Positions 11,340-23,863 of a stretch of 64,000 nt of DNA are shown piece by piece (the first letter of the stretch is position 1; each line of letters begins with the position of its first letter). This DNA comes from Eledone cirrhosa. Its lineage: Eukaryota. Made by a program: the position numbers and the translations under genes. The notes beneath the pieces are model-generated. The model saw nothing but the letters and a program-made list of their open reading frames with translations, had not been told where the DNA came from and did no database searches. The DNA is taken from NCBI GenBank assembly GCA_964016885.1, contig OZ024741.1, positions 77,934,001 to 77,998,000 of the forward strand. Direction: 5' to 3'.

Positions 11340-11747
11340 TTTGGTGCTTTTTTGCCATGGCACCTCCACAACCACTTTACAGTGGAATCATAGGGACTCC
11401 AGTCTTATCATCTCATTTCTACAGCTGAGTAAACTGAATCAATGTGAAGACACTTTATTTCACATTGCTCCAGTTTACTCAGCTGTAGAAATGAGATGAT
11501 AGGGACTGGGGTCCCTATCATTCCACTGTAAAGTGGCCATGGAGGTGCCACAGCAAAAAAGCACCCAGCACTCACTGTAAATGAGGTTGGTGTTAGGAAG
11601 GCACCCAGCTGTAGAAATCAAGCCAGAATCAGTTCTTGTATGAGCAAGACAAGGTCAGCTGACCGGACACTGCCCACAACAGGACAACTCGTCTAACCCA
11701 TGCTAGCGTGGAAGAATGGATGTAAAACGGTGATGATGATGATGATG
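11340..11747 (+). mobile_element. SINE body with RTE-type 3' tail and an inverted (fold-back) 5' duplication
   Basis: 11450-11630 matches the SINE at 34440-34680. ~11340-11447 is the reverse complement of ~11460-11565. Confidence 0.75.
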
Positions 11748-13066
11748 TATACTTCATTATTGAATTTGTTTGCAAAATTTCTTATCTGAAAGCGTGTTGA
11801 AACAGATATTGTTATACTTTGGGGGGGTCATGCAGCCAATAAAAACACACACACACCTGTTGGCTTTCACTTCGATTTATTATAAATTTCTGGTTGGTTG
11901 GTTCAATAATCGGATGGTTGTTTATATATTGTCTAAGCTCTTTCTTTTCTATCCTACACCATCTTATGTTTATGTGTTGCATGCACACAAGATGGCTGCC
12001 CATGGGAACTTCTGTATGCAGATGATCATCCACACTTCAATCGATAAATTGTATAAGGAGTATCAAGAACTGAAAAAAGAAAAATCAAGGTTGACTAACA
12101 AAGCAATTGCAAAGTATGAGATTTGATAAGGTGATCTCGAGGACATTTCTGATATTGCAAGTCAGGATGATCTCGAATGAAAGGATGTCCATCTGAAGAC
12201 AAAGCTTTCCTTGAGACACATTGGGAAGATTGGATGTCTTCATTCATGGCTAGTGTTGATGCAGAACATGAGAGCCATTCAGAAGAAGGAAAAGAAGATT
12301 CATGATATGATAATAAGAAAGCGAAAGCAGGATGAAGAAGTCAAGAAGATGTCCCAGAAGGTAATTCTTGAAAATTCATCATCCAGCTCAGCTATTAGTG
12401 ATCCCTGCAAATAAAGCCGGCTCTCAACACCACTCTTGTTGCCATATGGGAAAGGGAGAAACTATCGGTATAACCAGCAAATACTTACATTGCAATTGCA
12501 AAGAGTCATGATCATGATGTGTCTGAACTCTCAGTTTCCCCTTCAACTGTCTAACAAGCAAGAACCAGTCACTGTGAGATGATGGCTCAGGAAATCGAGT
12601 TATCTGCTTTCCCATCTGAAGACAGATCCTGGCTAGTCCTCCACTGGCCCCCTAAACATCAGTGGCCTTGATCCCTACAAACCTACCCTGAACCCCTCAA
12701 GGTTCAAATATAGCCCTGTATGTATGTATGTATGTATTTATGTATGTGTAAATTTTTGTTCATTTTTCATGTTTTATTTGACTACACATTCTTCCTTTTG
12801 GTTTAGATGTCCCTGTATATCCTTTAACCTGTACCGTTTGTATATTTTTTATTAAAGTTTCCAAACCATTGTTTTTGAGGATAGCCGACAGAATGAATAT
12901 ATTTTGTCAAAGCTAATACAATGGAGTTGCGTAACTATTATCAATAAATCAATATATCGATATAACTTTGATTATACTTTGAAATTACTGTAAAACAATG
13001 GATTAATTAACTACTAAAATATGTCTTATTTGTTTTCAACTTTATATATGTACATACACACACGTA

Positions 13067-13789
13067 TCATCATCATCGTTTAACGTCTATCTTCCACGCT
13101 AGCATGGGTTAGACGGGAATTGTCCCATTTGAAGCAAGATTGCTCGGGTGACTGTGTCTCACTTGTATAGGACGATCTGGCAGGTTTTCTATGGCTGGAT
13201 GCCCTTCCTAACACTAACTACATTTGCAGTGTAGACTGGGAGCTTTTTACGGAGTTACCTACATGACCACATTACAGTGTGGACTGTATTTTTTTTGTTG
13301 TTGTTGTTGTGACGCCTACAAGACCTCATTAGTTTGGACTGGATGTTGTGGTACCAACATAACTTTATAGAGAAAGGGTGGTGTTGGCGGGAGTGGAAGG
13401 ATGGAGTAGGGGTAGGGGGTTGGGGTATATGTTTGGTTTGGATGGGTCTATTGACTGTAGGTTAATTTTGCATGTAGGGAAGGTGGGTCTTCTGTATTAC
13501 TGAGTGGCTCCAAAGATCTCAATCCAGTAACATTGTCTTAGAGAGGTGTAAGTGTGTAAGGTCAGAATTTATCGCCCAGCAATTTTTTATACAGCTGTCG
13601 TCTTTCATGTGCATCACGTGACCATACCAACATAATCTTCTCTCAAGTAAACAGTATCTGATCCCTCTTATTCCTAATTTCTCACTTAGTTCATTTATGT
13701 TTAGCCGTTTGTGTATATTACTATTATACATCCAACGGAGCATGCATGCTTCGTTCCTTTCCAGTCTGCTCAGGTCCTCTGCACACAAT
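13067..13789 (-). mobile_element. 5'-truncated RTE LINE (C-terminus + 3' UTR)
   Basis: ORF 13519-13788 matches the RTE C-terminus. (CAT)n tail at ~13067. 5' end at (TA)n. Confidence 0.9.
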
Positions 13790-13930
13790 ATATATATATA
13801 TATATATATATATGATGATGATGATGATGATATATATATATATTGTTATATATATATATATATATATTGTTATATATTGTTATATTTGAGGATGGTCATG
13901 TTGCCAGTATTGCCAATAATATATAAATAT

Positions 13931-14890
13931 ATATTGTTATACTTGGGGAGGGTCATATTTGTGTAATATTGCCAGAATTAATAACAGAACACACTCACTG
14001 TTTGGTTGGTTTTCGCTTCTGTGTCTTTTATATCGGTAATCTAACTTACTCGGTCCTCAATGTTGCCATTGACTGACCGACGGTCAAAAATAATATAGAT
14101 ACAATATAGACACAAACACATATATATAGTTTATCATAAATCTTTTGTTGCACATATGCAACAACGTCAGTGGTGCTATTGTTTCCTCCCGTTACATTGT
14201 ATGTCTACGCCATTTTTATTTAGCCTGTCTATATATTTATTTATTTATTTATACTTCTCTTAGGTCAGTGTTGTTTGTTTGGGTGTTGTTGTTATTCCAT
14301 TCATTCTTTCTGTTTAGTCTTGGCCTTCTAAGTTCTATTTCACTGGCCTCTCTGATTTGCCTATCTGCTGGGTCATTTCTATGTTTAGATATTATTCTAA
14401 TTTCTATGTTGTCTATGTTATCGTCGTGTTGTTGTCTGGCATGTTCGTATAGTACTGACCCGTTTTTTCGTCCTTTTAGTTCCCCCCAGTGTTGGTCTAT
14501 CCTTTCACCTATGCTACGAGCTGTCTCACCTATGTATGTTGTTGTCATATTTCTGCAAGTACCCTCTGTACATCTTATGCTATAGACTACGTTTCTAGTT
14601 TTACAGTTTATCCGGGGGTTTACCTTACATATGATACATTTCCTATTAGTACAGTAGGTTTTCTTAAAAGGGTAGGTTTTGCTGATCAGGGATTTTATGG
14701 TGGTTCCTGGCTTTTCTACCACCTTAATCTTTAATAACCGATATAAAAGACACAGAAGCGAAAAGCGAAAACCAACCAAACAGTGACTGTGTTCTGTTAT
14801 TAATTCTGGCAATAACACAAATATGACCCTCCCCAAGTATAACAATATTTGTTTCGACACACGATTTCATATAAAAAACCTCGCAAAACT
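13931..14890 (-). mobile_element. Penelope-like element fragment: GIY-YIG endonuclease between inverted repeats
   Basis: C..C..C...CKTRNVVYSIRC...YIGETARSIGERI..H...RQIREASEI....P.LN. 13931-14040 is inverted at ~14731-14848. Confidence 0.88.
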
Positions 14891-15286
14891 AATTCATCGC
14901 CGTTATAAATATATATATAAATGCAAGGGTAAGGTATTGTCTAGACACATGTATCCACACTATTTATAGCATTCCCGTTGGCCTGTCTGTATCCTCATAT
15001 CAAATCGTTTCCATACCATGTGCATTTAAAATCTGCTTTGAGTCGTATTTTGGGGTCTAGTAAGATGAAAAATTCTACTGGTGATCGAGTGTTTTCCATC
15101 TTATTCCTTTGCCATTCTATTTTTCACTCATGAAATAGCATTATATAGAATTATGAAATCTCAGAATTTTACAATTCTTAAGTAAGTTTTGTTTACTTGC
15201 TATCTCATTTGAAAATAATCAAAATTTTACCATCTATGTAAACTCTTTGGCGTGCTATCCGATTTTGACAATGAAGCTATGTATAT

Positions 15287-15452
15287 CATCATCATCATCA
15301 TCATCATTATCATCATCATCGTTTAACGTCCATTTTCCACGCTAGCATGGGTCTGGACGGGAATTGTCCCACTTGAGGCAAGATTGGTTGTCTTGCTCAG
15401 GACTGTCTGGCGGGTTTTCTACGGCTGGATGCCCTTCCTAACACCAACCACG
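15287..15452 (-). mobile_element. RTE 3'-UTR stub
   Basis: Same 3' terminal sequence and (CAT)n tail. Confidence 0.85.
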
Positions 15453-15472
15453 TATATGTATATGTATATATA

Positions 15473-15535
<63 letters not shown>

Positions 15536-16030
15536 GTAGAATACTGGAAGGTAATAGCCATAGTGGTAGAGCACTCAATCCATGGGACGAGTTTGGTAGA
15601 AGTAGTAACACAACAGTTAGTTCACCATACCGAGAACAATTGTTTCAACTTAGCGGATCTTCAGCTCAGACTCGGAGTCCGAGTTGTGTTACTACTTCTA
15701 TATATATATATACATGGTAAGAATCGAATCAATCTTCTGAGATCTTCTTATACTATTGCACCTGTATAATTCTTACAAACACACTTAGTGTGGATACATG
15801 GGTCTTACAATAACTTACCCTTGTATTTTTATGTTACTGCTCCTAATGAAAACATTTTTTAAATTTATATTGGTAAGCTGACATTAGGTTCCAATAGTGA
15901 CTATTTGTAGCACTTTGATTAACCTATACCTTTGTCCGACAATATGATTGATTACTTTACGTATTAATCAATATTTTAATACATATATATATATAGAGAG
16001 AGAGACTGTATATATATATATATATATATA

Positions 16031-16825
16031 TGAATAAAGTTAGTCCTTCATCAGTGATCTTCCAACCATCATTGGTATTTCATCGCTTTAAAGACCATAT
16101 ACCTCCGGTTGGTGCGAGCAACGGCTAAAAAAAGTCGTTGGGACATGTAAATAAAGGGGACACGAGTGTAAACAAACAAAAATGGTGACGCAACGAAAAG
16201 TGAGGAAGAAGGAGTCAAGTCCCAAATTTCTATGAATTTAAATTCGGTGAAATCGTGAACGAGAGAGAATAAAGACCATCAAACCTGGTTGAAATGTGAG
16301 CAAGGAAGGAATTTCGCACAGGTCTAATGGGAGGAAGGGTCTAGTCTGTGAATTCGGTAAACATAAGTTCTGTGAAATCGTAGACGAGAGAGAGAAAAAA
16401 TGCCGACCGGCCTGGCCAAGCGTGCGAAAGAAAAGAATTACGCACAGGTCAAACGGGAAGAAGGAGGAGAGGTAGTAACAGAGAATGAGTGAGTGAAGGG
16501 TGAGGAAGAGGCTAACAGAGAGAGTGACTGCTAGAGAGGGTAAAGAGACAGAGAAAGAGGAAGCAGTAAGAACGAAATAGACGGGTAACAGCAGGGGAAA
16601 AAATATGTGTAAATATGAGAATAAACGTGCTGCGGGGTTGCTAATGGGTTACATATGAATAAAGTTAGTCCTTCATCAGTGATCTTCCAACCATCATTGG
16701 TATTTCATCGCTTTAAAGACCATATACCTCCGGTTGGTGCGAGCAACGGCTAAAAAAGGTCGTTGGGACACGTAAATAAAGGGGACACGAGTGTAAACAA
16801 ACAAAAATGGTGAAGCAACGAAAAG
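16031..16825. repeat. ~170-bp direct repeat (16031-16200 and 16656-16825), probably Penelope-type pseudo-LTR
   Basis: Near-identical copies 625 bp apart. The minus strand carries CTGATGAAGGACTAAC. Starts in (TA)n. Confidence 0.6.
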
Positions 16826-16862
16826 AGTAATGAAGTTTGCTTGAAGCATTGTGGAATAATAA

Positions 16863-17700
16863 AAAATTTGGTCGTTTTGGAAGCCTCAACAATGCAGATG
16901 GGTAAATCTCCGGGTAACAGAATCTGGTGGTGAAGAGAGAGATGTAAGAGGAAATGTAGAATGAGATGTATAGTGTGTAGAGGAACGTAGGAAAGAGCTT
17001 AAAAATAATAACACGAGATAGAGTTACCTTGGAAGAGATTTAATTGTCCCTATATTTCGGATTTCGCATCCATCAACTGGGGATTTTTCTGAGGGGGAAA
17101 GTTTTTAGTCGGAGAGGAATGGTACGTGGCCTCTGTTGTCCGCCGTTTGTGTACAATTGAGATATTCTGTAGAGCGCGCGTGCACACGGAATAGGTGCGG
17201 TCAAACAAAGGTCGAGGCAGTTCCTCTTTACTATAGGAGTGGGATGGTGCTTTGCTGTCAATCCATTATACTATCTATATTCAGCGAATCCATTATACTA
17301 CCTATTGACAGCAAAGCACCATCCCACTCCCATAGTAAAGAGGAACTGCCTCGACCTTTGCTTGACCGCACCTATTCCGCGCGTACACGCGCTCTACAGA
17401 ATATCTCAGTTGTACACAAATGGCAGACAACAGAGGCTACGTACCGTTCCTCTCCGACTAAAATCTTTCCCCTTCAGAAAAATCCCCAGTTGATGGATGC
17501 AAAATCCGAAATATAGGGACAATTAAATCTCTTCCAAGGTAACTCTATCTCGTGTTATTATTTTTAAGCTCTTTCCTACGTTCCTCTACACACTATACAT
17601 CTCATTCTACATTCCCTTACATCTCTCTCTTCACCACCGGATTCTGTTACCCGGAGATTTACCCATCTGCATTGTTGAGGCTTCCAAAACGACCAAATTT
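16863..17700. repeat. Long inverted repeat, ~400-bp arms, ~41-nt loop
   Basis: 16863-17262 is the reverse complement of 17304-17700 with few mismatches. Confidence 0.93.
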
Positions 17701-17758
17701 TATATATATATATACACATATATATATATATATACACACATATATATATATATACACA

Positions 17759-17898
17759 CAGTCTGATCACTTTTTACGTGAAGCTGCGCTCGTGAACGTG
17801 GCGTGTAAAGCAAATTTGCATAATTCAAGTCTAAATTTTTCAAGAGCCATTAAAGTGAATTTGTGTACTTCAAGTTCACGTAGATAGCGAACAGACTG
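17759..17898. mobile_element. 140-bp MITE (Tc1/mariner-like TIRs)
   Basis: Imperfect 24-bp TIRs CAGTCTGATCACTTTTTACGTGAA / TTCACGTAGATAGCGAACAGACTG within a TA/CA microsatellite. Confidence 0.65.
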
Positions 17899-17912
17899 CA
17901 TATATATGTGTG

Positions 17913-17981
<69 letters not shown>

Positions 17982-18101
17982 TCTGTCTTGCTTTATATTA
18001 TAATCATTCAAAACAAGGTCTTCTTTGATAGGTTATGTGAAATATTACTGACCACATACATATATATGCACTTAATGAAAATATACATATATATTTTGCA
18101 G

Positions 18102-18304
18102 GCCTATACGATTTCAACTTTCGCTGCTATTCCAGAACTATGTTCCAAATCGAACCGAGTTCTAATGGGTTCAATATCGATTGTTTTATGGAGTTTATGG
18201 AGTTCTTTTATTGGATGTGTAGCCTACTTCATGAAAGATTATAGTTGGAATTACTTCTACTTGTTAAATGCTGCTCTATCAGGATTTTTTCTCATTGAAA
18301 TTTT
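18102..18304 (+). CDS. SLC22-like exon 4 (AYTIS...PELCSKSNR...SW...; TM4-6)
   Basis: ttttgcag|GCC acceptor, TT|gtaag donor (phase 2), hydrophobic helices, E-x-x-x-x-x-R motif. Confidence 0.88.
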
Positions 18305-20289
18305 GTAAGGAATACAGTTTCTCTTTCTTTCTCTCTCTTATATATAGATAAACATAAATACATGTGTGTGTGTGTGTATATGTGTGTATGTATGTGTGTG
18401 TGTGCATGTCTGTTTAGTTCAGCTGTCAATGACTCCAACAAACATTATTTAGTGTTTCTTGGACATACAGATTGGAAAGCATAGTATGCATAAGAATTAG
18501 CCAGAAAGTAGGTTTCTTGTTGGTAAACTCGTTTGATAGGCTGGATTATAGAATAAAATTTTTTTTGGGGGGGGGGGGGGAGGACTGTGCAGAGCAATAA
18601 CCCTGAGGAGAGTGGATTCCATTGTCTGCGATGGTAACTCCTTGTTGCCCTTGAGATTATATTTTACGTTGTTTGATTTGAATGGAGGAAAATCTAAAAG
18701 TCTGTCATTTGGCAAAAGAGGGAGTCATTTTGGATTTTTGTTGAATAATAATATGGCTGTTTTGAGATGTCTAGCTTCTCAGCTGAGCAATTACAGCAGT
18801 TAAGCAATCCACTTGAGTATGGGAGGTTTGTCAAGAATGCTCCAGGTTGTATTAGGACTGTCATGTTACAAGTCCTTCAGTGCAGCTATATGAATGGGAT
18901 AAAGAAGCTGAGTTCTTTCTTTTGTGGAACCTACCTAAAGGAATGAAAATGTCTATACCATCCTTTGAAGTTGTAGGTTCTATATACTTCCTTAAGATGC
19001 AATCTGATGAAGTTAACATAGCTCTATACACCAAGGTCTTGGCAAAGCAGTGACTCCTCAATTGTTGGGATATAGGCAGTTCAGATGTGTGTTTTCGATA
19101 TAAGTATGTTTGAAGAAGCTTTGGCTACTATTTCAAGCTGTTTGAGCAATCACTCAGAGGCTGGCAGTGGTGTCTGCCAAAGCATATTTGTGCAAATGCT
19201 GTTTGCGTGTGTGTCTACATATGTATTAGACAAAGGTATGTATATTAATGTTACTGTGTGTATATAATGATGTTATCGTGTGTGATTTGAAGTTGGTACA
19301 ACAGATATTTTTATCAGGCATAATTACCATGTAGAGACTTCATTTTTGCTGAAGCAAATACAATCAATACATTGAAATGTTATTTTGACATATCTGGGAG
19401 ACTGAAAGTGACAAGAGACAAGTGAATTCTTTTTGAGACAAATGTCACAGAAGTGTTCAGTGAAGCGATCTATCAACCAAAAATTCAACTAATATATCTA
19501 TAGATGAACTTTTCAAATTTTCAGATGTCTATAAATGTGTTTATGTGTTTATACAACAAATGTAAATTTTAAAATGTTAAAAAATTTTAGTTTGAAAATT
19601 ATTATTGTAAATGATGTGTATATAATTTATAGCAATATATCTTTAAAACATATATTATGTAGGTTTTGATTGAATCTTGGTGATGTATCACTTGTTTTCT
19701 GCAAAAGAGCATAAGAAATAGACAGGCCAACTTCAGAGTCATTATCCTTCTTTGAAATATAGCGACTTATGTCTTTTTTTTTTACAGTTTAGTCAGGGAG
19801 GGAAGGGGACAATCATCGATGCTTTTTAAACTCAACTGGTTCTCATTAGGGTGATGCCTCTCGCTCTTGCCACTGAAATACAAAATTCCAATACATATCT
19901 ATATACAGCTATGTTCAAAGCTAAATCCTAATTCTATCCTATTACAAGTTGAACCAACTTATACACCTTCATATGCAAATGAGATTAATTAGCTCATTTA
20001 CACAGACGAGAAAACTATATATTCTCGACTGTTTTCAAGTCCAGCAGTTGCAAGAGTGGGAGGGATCGTCCTGATGAGAACCAGTTGAGTTCAAAATACA
20101 TCAACGACTGACCCCCTTGCTTCTGCTGGACACCACCAGAAGCGATAGCTGTTGGTGTTTTTGCATAGCTATGGCTTTCTAAATGTTTATTTATAAACAT
20201 ACCATATTTCTTTAGAAATACAAAATCCTTACAAATATTATATTTATCTTCTCTTTTTCTTGTGGCGCTAAACTCCACCAGTTGCAAAC

Positions 20290-21036
20290 TGCGCATTAAC
20301 ATGTGATATGTCTCTCCACAAAGTTTAGTCACCAGCAGCAGAGTTCAAAGAGCAAGGATCAAGTCCAGTCCATAAGTTGACATTGTCAAGCCATCGTTTT
20401 GGCTGCCGGCCTCTGCATCTCTGACCGGCCAACCTTCCTTCAAGGCATAACCTACTCACACCACGAGTTGATATTTTTGTATGACCGTATAGTTTGAGTA
20501 CTCTTGTCTTGACAACTGATGTAATTGGTCTAAGTTTGGTAATGGTGAGCAGCTCACTGATACAGATACGGTCGCTGAGCCGCTTGCCAGTCATAAGTCT
20601 CATGATGTGGTTCTAGAGAGCTTCTGAAGTGACCTTTTCATTCAATTAACACAGTCAAGACCATATAACACAACTGGTAGGATGTAAATATCGAAGATCT
20701 TAGCCTTCAAATGGTAGGAGGTAAAATCCTATCAAATCTTAGCTATGCAGACAATCTGGCCTTGATGAGTTACTCTATAACTGATCTGCAAGACTTTCTG
20801 AATGTACTGGCCAAACATTCGCTGGAGGCTGGCTTACACATCAACATCTCCAAAACAAAGTGTATGACAACTGATAGAAACAATGCCAATCTCCATCTCA
20901 CAATCTACAACCAGCAAATTGCTCCAGTTACTGAGTTTGTATATCTCAGTCACAAACTATCATCAAACAACAAGGGAATGGTTGCTGCGCAATATTGAAT
21001 CACTCTAGGTTGGGCAGCTTTCAACAAGAACAAGGA
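20290..21036 (-). mobile_element. RTE-like LINE fragment with 5' inversion
   Basis: + strand 20711-21036 encodes YADN...GLHINISKTK...FVYL...LGWAAFNK. The minus strand from 20710 encodes the downstream LKAKIF...LYG...RGRQPKRWLD. Confidence 0.8.
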
Positions 21037-21071
21037 TATATATATATCATCATTATTATCATCATCATCAA

Positions 21072-21270
21072 GGGCGGTGGATTGGCAGTATCGGTAGAGA
21101 GTCGGACGCCATGCTTTCCAGCATAGTTACGTCCCTTTACGGTCTGAGTTCAAATCCCGTCGAGGTTAACTTTGCCTTTCATCCTTACGGGGCCGATGGA
21201 ATAAAGTACCAGTAATGTACTGGGTAATTGCTGGCCTTGTGCCTAAAGTAGAAACAATTATTATCATCAT
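21072..21270 (+). mobile_element. tRNA-derived SINE (MetaSINE-like central domain)
   Basis: A box (TGGCAGTATCGG), B box (GTTCAAATCC), GCCTTTCATCCTT..GGGG.CGAT..AATAAAGTACCAG core. Copies at 41473, 45060 and 38824. Confidence 0.8.
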
Positions 21271-21951
21271 CATTGCTACCATTTAATGTCTATTTTTCAT
21301 GCTTGCATGTGTTGGTTGGATTATCACATACAGAGGCTAGTCTAGTCAGGTAACCATATCATGCTCACATTCTCTGTTTTGGGCTTGATTTCTATCGCTA
21401 GATGCCCTTCCTAATATCAACCACTTAGCACCATGTGCGGGGAGCATTTTATTGTGACTCCAAGAACTACCACCACCTTACAGGGTGAACTGGGTTCTTT
21501 TTGTTGTGGCACGGGCAATACCATTTTACAGAGTGGGCTTGGTGCATTATATATATCATCATCATCGTCATCATTGTTGTCATCATAGTCGTTATTTAAT
21601 ATCCATTTTTCCTGCTAGCAAAAGAACAAATGAATAAACAAAAAGAAGTCTTTTTGAATAGGGCTAAATTCTGAACATATAAAATTAAATTTAAGAGGCC
21701 AATATTGCTAAACATTTAAAATCTGACAACAGAAATATAGTAGTGAACAACTGAATCTATCTTCTTTTCTAATATTAGTATTTCACAAGTAATTTATTTT
21801 GTAAACTGTGTTGTCTGAGATCTGATCAATGCAGACACACATATGCATACAAAAACATTCACACACAATAGGCTTTGACACAAGCACACTTGTGTGTGTG
21901 CATAAAACTATTACACAAAAAAACAGGTGATTTTATTTGTTTTATTGCTAG

Positions 21952-22037
21952 ATTTGGACATAAAATATCGCTGACATTTTCAAAGCTTTTTGTGACGCTG
22001 TTAACATTTTTGGCAAGCTTCCTGAAGTTGTTTGCAG
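21952..22037 (+). CDS. SLC22-like exon (FGHKISLTFSKLFVTLLTFLASFLKLFA; TM9)
   Basis: tttattgctag|A acceptor (phase 2), G|gtaatg donor (phase 1). FG(R/H)K loop motif followed by a TM helix. Confidence 0.8.
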
Positions 22038-22136
22038 GTAATGTCCTTTCATATAAGATACTTTTTTCAAAACACTTTATATATATATATATCATCATCA
22101 TCTTCATCATTTAATATCCATTTTTGCACGCAACCA

Positions 22137-22180
<44 letters not shown>

Positions 22181-22182
<2 letters not shown>

Positions 22183-22620
22183 CTGATGCACATGAAGCTA
22201 CATTATTTACATGTGACCTTGTAGACCACCTACGCTCTCATGCACATTTCTGCATTGTTAACGGCAAAGTTAGGAAGTGTGCACATATGGATCAAGAAGC
22301 ACATGACAAAGCACTTCTTCTGTCAAAAACCACCTTGACAGATGCCACTACCAAGATATTGAAGTCACCATAGAGGGAACAGATAGGAATGTGGGCAATT
22401 TAAGAATCAAAGATGCTATTATCATCAACATGAAAAAGCCACTAATAAATAATAGATTACAAATGCACGAAGCAACGTGGCTACTATAACTTCCCCACTC
22501 ACACATATTTTAGACACTTAAACCAGTTGGGGAAGAACTCATCAATCATTCATTTTATTTTTAATCATTTTTGTTTTTACATTTGAAAAGAGGATAACAG
22601 CCCTGAAATATTATGTTGAA
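22181..22620 (+). mobile_element. Degraded Penelope-like GIY-YIG C-terminus
   Basis: SSVKNHL...LRIKDAIIINMKKPLINNR pattern. Begins after (TA)n. Confidence 0.6.
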
Positions 22621-22837
22621 ATATATTGGGTAAAACATTATTTTGTTTTCTTTAATTTGTCATCCTTTGCCCTTTATATATTTCTACTGCATTGTACTGG
22701 CTTTCTGATACAACTTAGTCATTTATGACATATATATGTATATATGTATATATCATCATCATCATCATCATCACCGTTTTACGTCCGTTCTTCCACGCTA
22801 GCATGGGTTAGACGTATGTATATATTATATATATATA

Positions 22838-23863
22838 TAACAAAGGAGTTTAAGACTGGATGCCCATGGGAACTTCTCTATGCTGATGATCAGGTACTGA
22901 TAGCAGAATCAGTAGAGGAGCTAGAGAATAAATTCTGGCTATGGAAACAGCAGTTGGAATCAAGAAGACTGAGAGTGAACCTAGCTAAGACTAAAGTGTT
23001 GATAAGTAGGAAAGAGGACAAGACTCTGATTCCATCAGGGAAATGGCCATATTCGATATGTAGAAAAGGAGTTGGCATAAATTCTATAAAAAGTACACAA
23101 TGCAGATCTTGGGTATGCAAGAGATGTAGTGGGATAGCAGGCAAATTAACAGGCAAGGAAAACTTCATATGCAGTAGATATACAGGGAAAATTGACAGTA
23201 GAAGTCGCAGTGATAGACACATTTTTCAAATGCAGGTAGGATCTATAGAGGTGGTTGATAGCTTCCGATACCTAGGTGATAAGATTAGTAAGGGAGGAGG
23301 GTGCTCTGAGGCCATAGTATCTAGAATAAGAACGGGTTGGAAGAAGTTTAGAGAGCTGCTTCCTCTATTGACAAAGAGGGGTTTCTCCCTACAAACGAAA
23401 GGCTGGTTATATGATGCCTGTGTGAGATGCGCGATGCTGCATGGTAGGCAGCAACTGTGGAGGATATGTGACGGCTGGAGAGAAATGAAGCAAGTATGCT
23501 CTGATGGATGTGCAATGTCAATGTGCGTGAACAACCAAGTACAGACGAGTTGAGAGAGAAATTGTGTATAAGAGGGATAAGCTGTAGTGTGCAGGAGAGA
23601 AGACTGCGTTGGTATAGACATGTGATGCACATGGAGGATGACTGTTATGTAAAGAAGTGCCAAGAAATCCCAGTAGAAGGAAGACATAGTAGAGGAAAAC
23701 CACAAAAATCATGGGCGGAGGTGGTGAGAGCTAACCTCAGATATCTGAAGCTCACGAAGGAGATGACGAAGGACTGTGATGAATGGTGAGATGCTGTGCT
23801 GAATAGGACCCATCCCACCCTTGCAAGCAGGGAGAAGTGGACGTAAAATGATGATGATGATGA
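22838..23863 (+). mobile_element. 5'-truncated RTE LINE, diverged subfamily with decayed PHD insert
   Basis: ELLYADD, KWPYSICRKGVG, FRYLG, RLRWY, (GAT)n tail, (TA)n on both sides. Confidence 0.92.

Noticed and set aside
11990-12720. Possible DNA-transposase remnant (KLYKEYQELKK...DIASQD)
   Set aside because: Stops and frameshifts, and no catalytic motif or TIR pair I could verify.
18420-19200. Possible L1-type LINE remnant on the minus strand
   Set aside because: Too degraded to support a call by eye.
19660-19760. Candidate missing SLC22 exon (ag|...LIESW)
   Set aside because: Wrong phase, an immediate stop codon and no downstream similarity.
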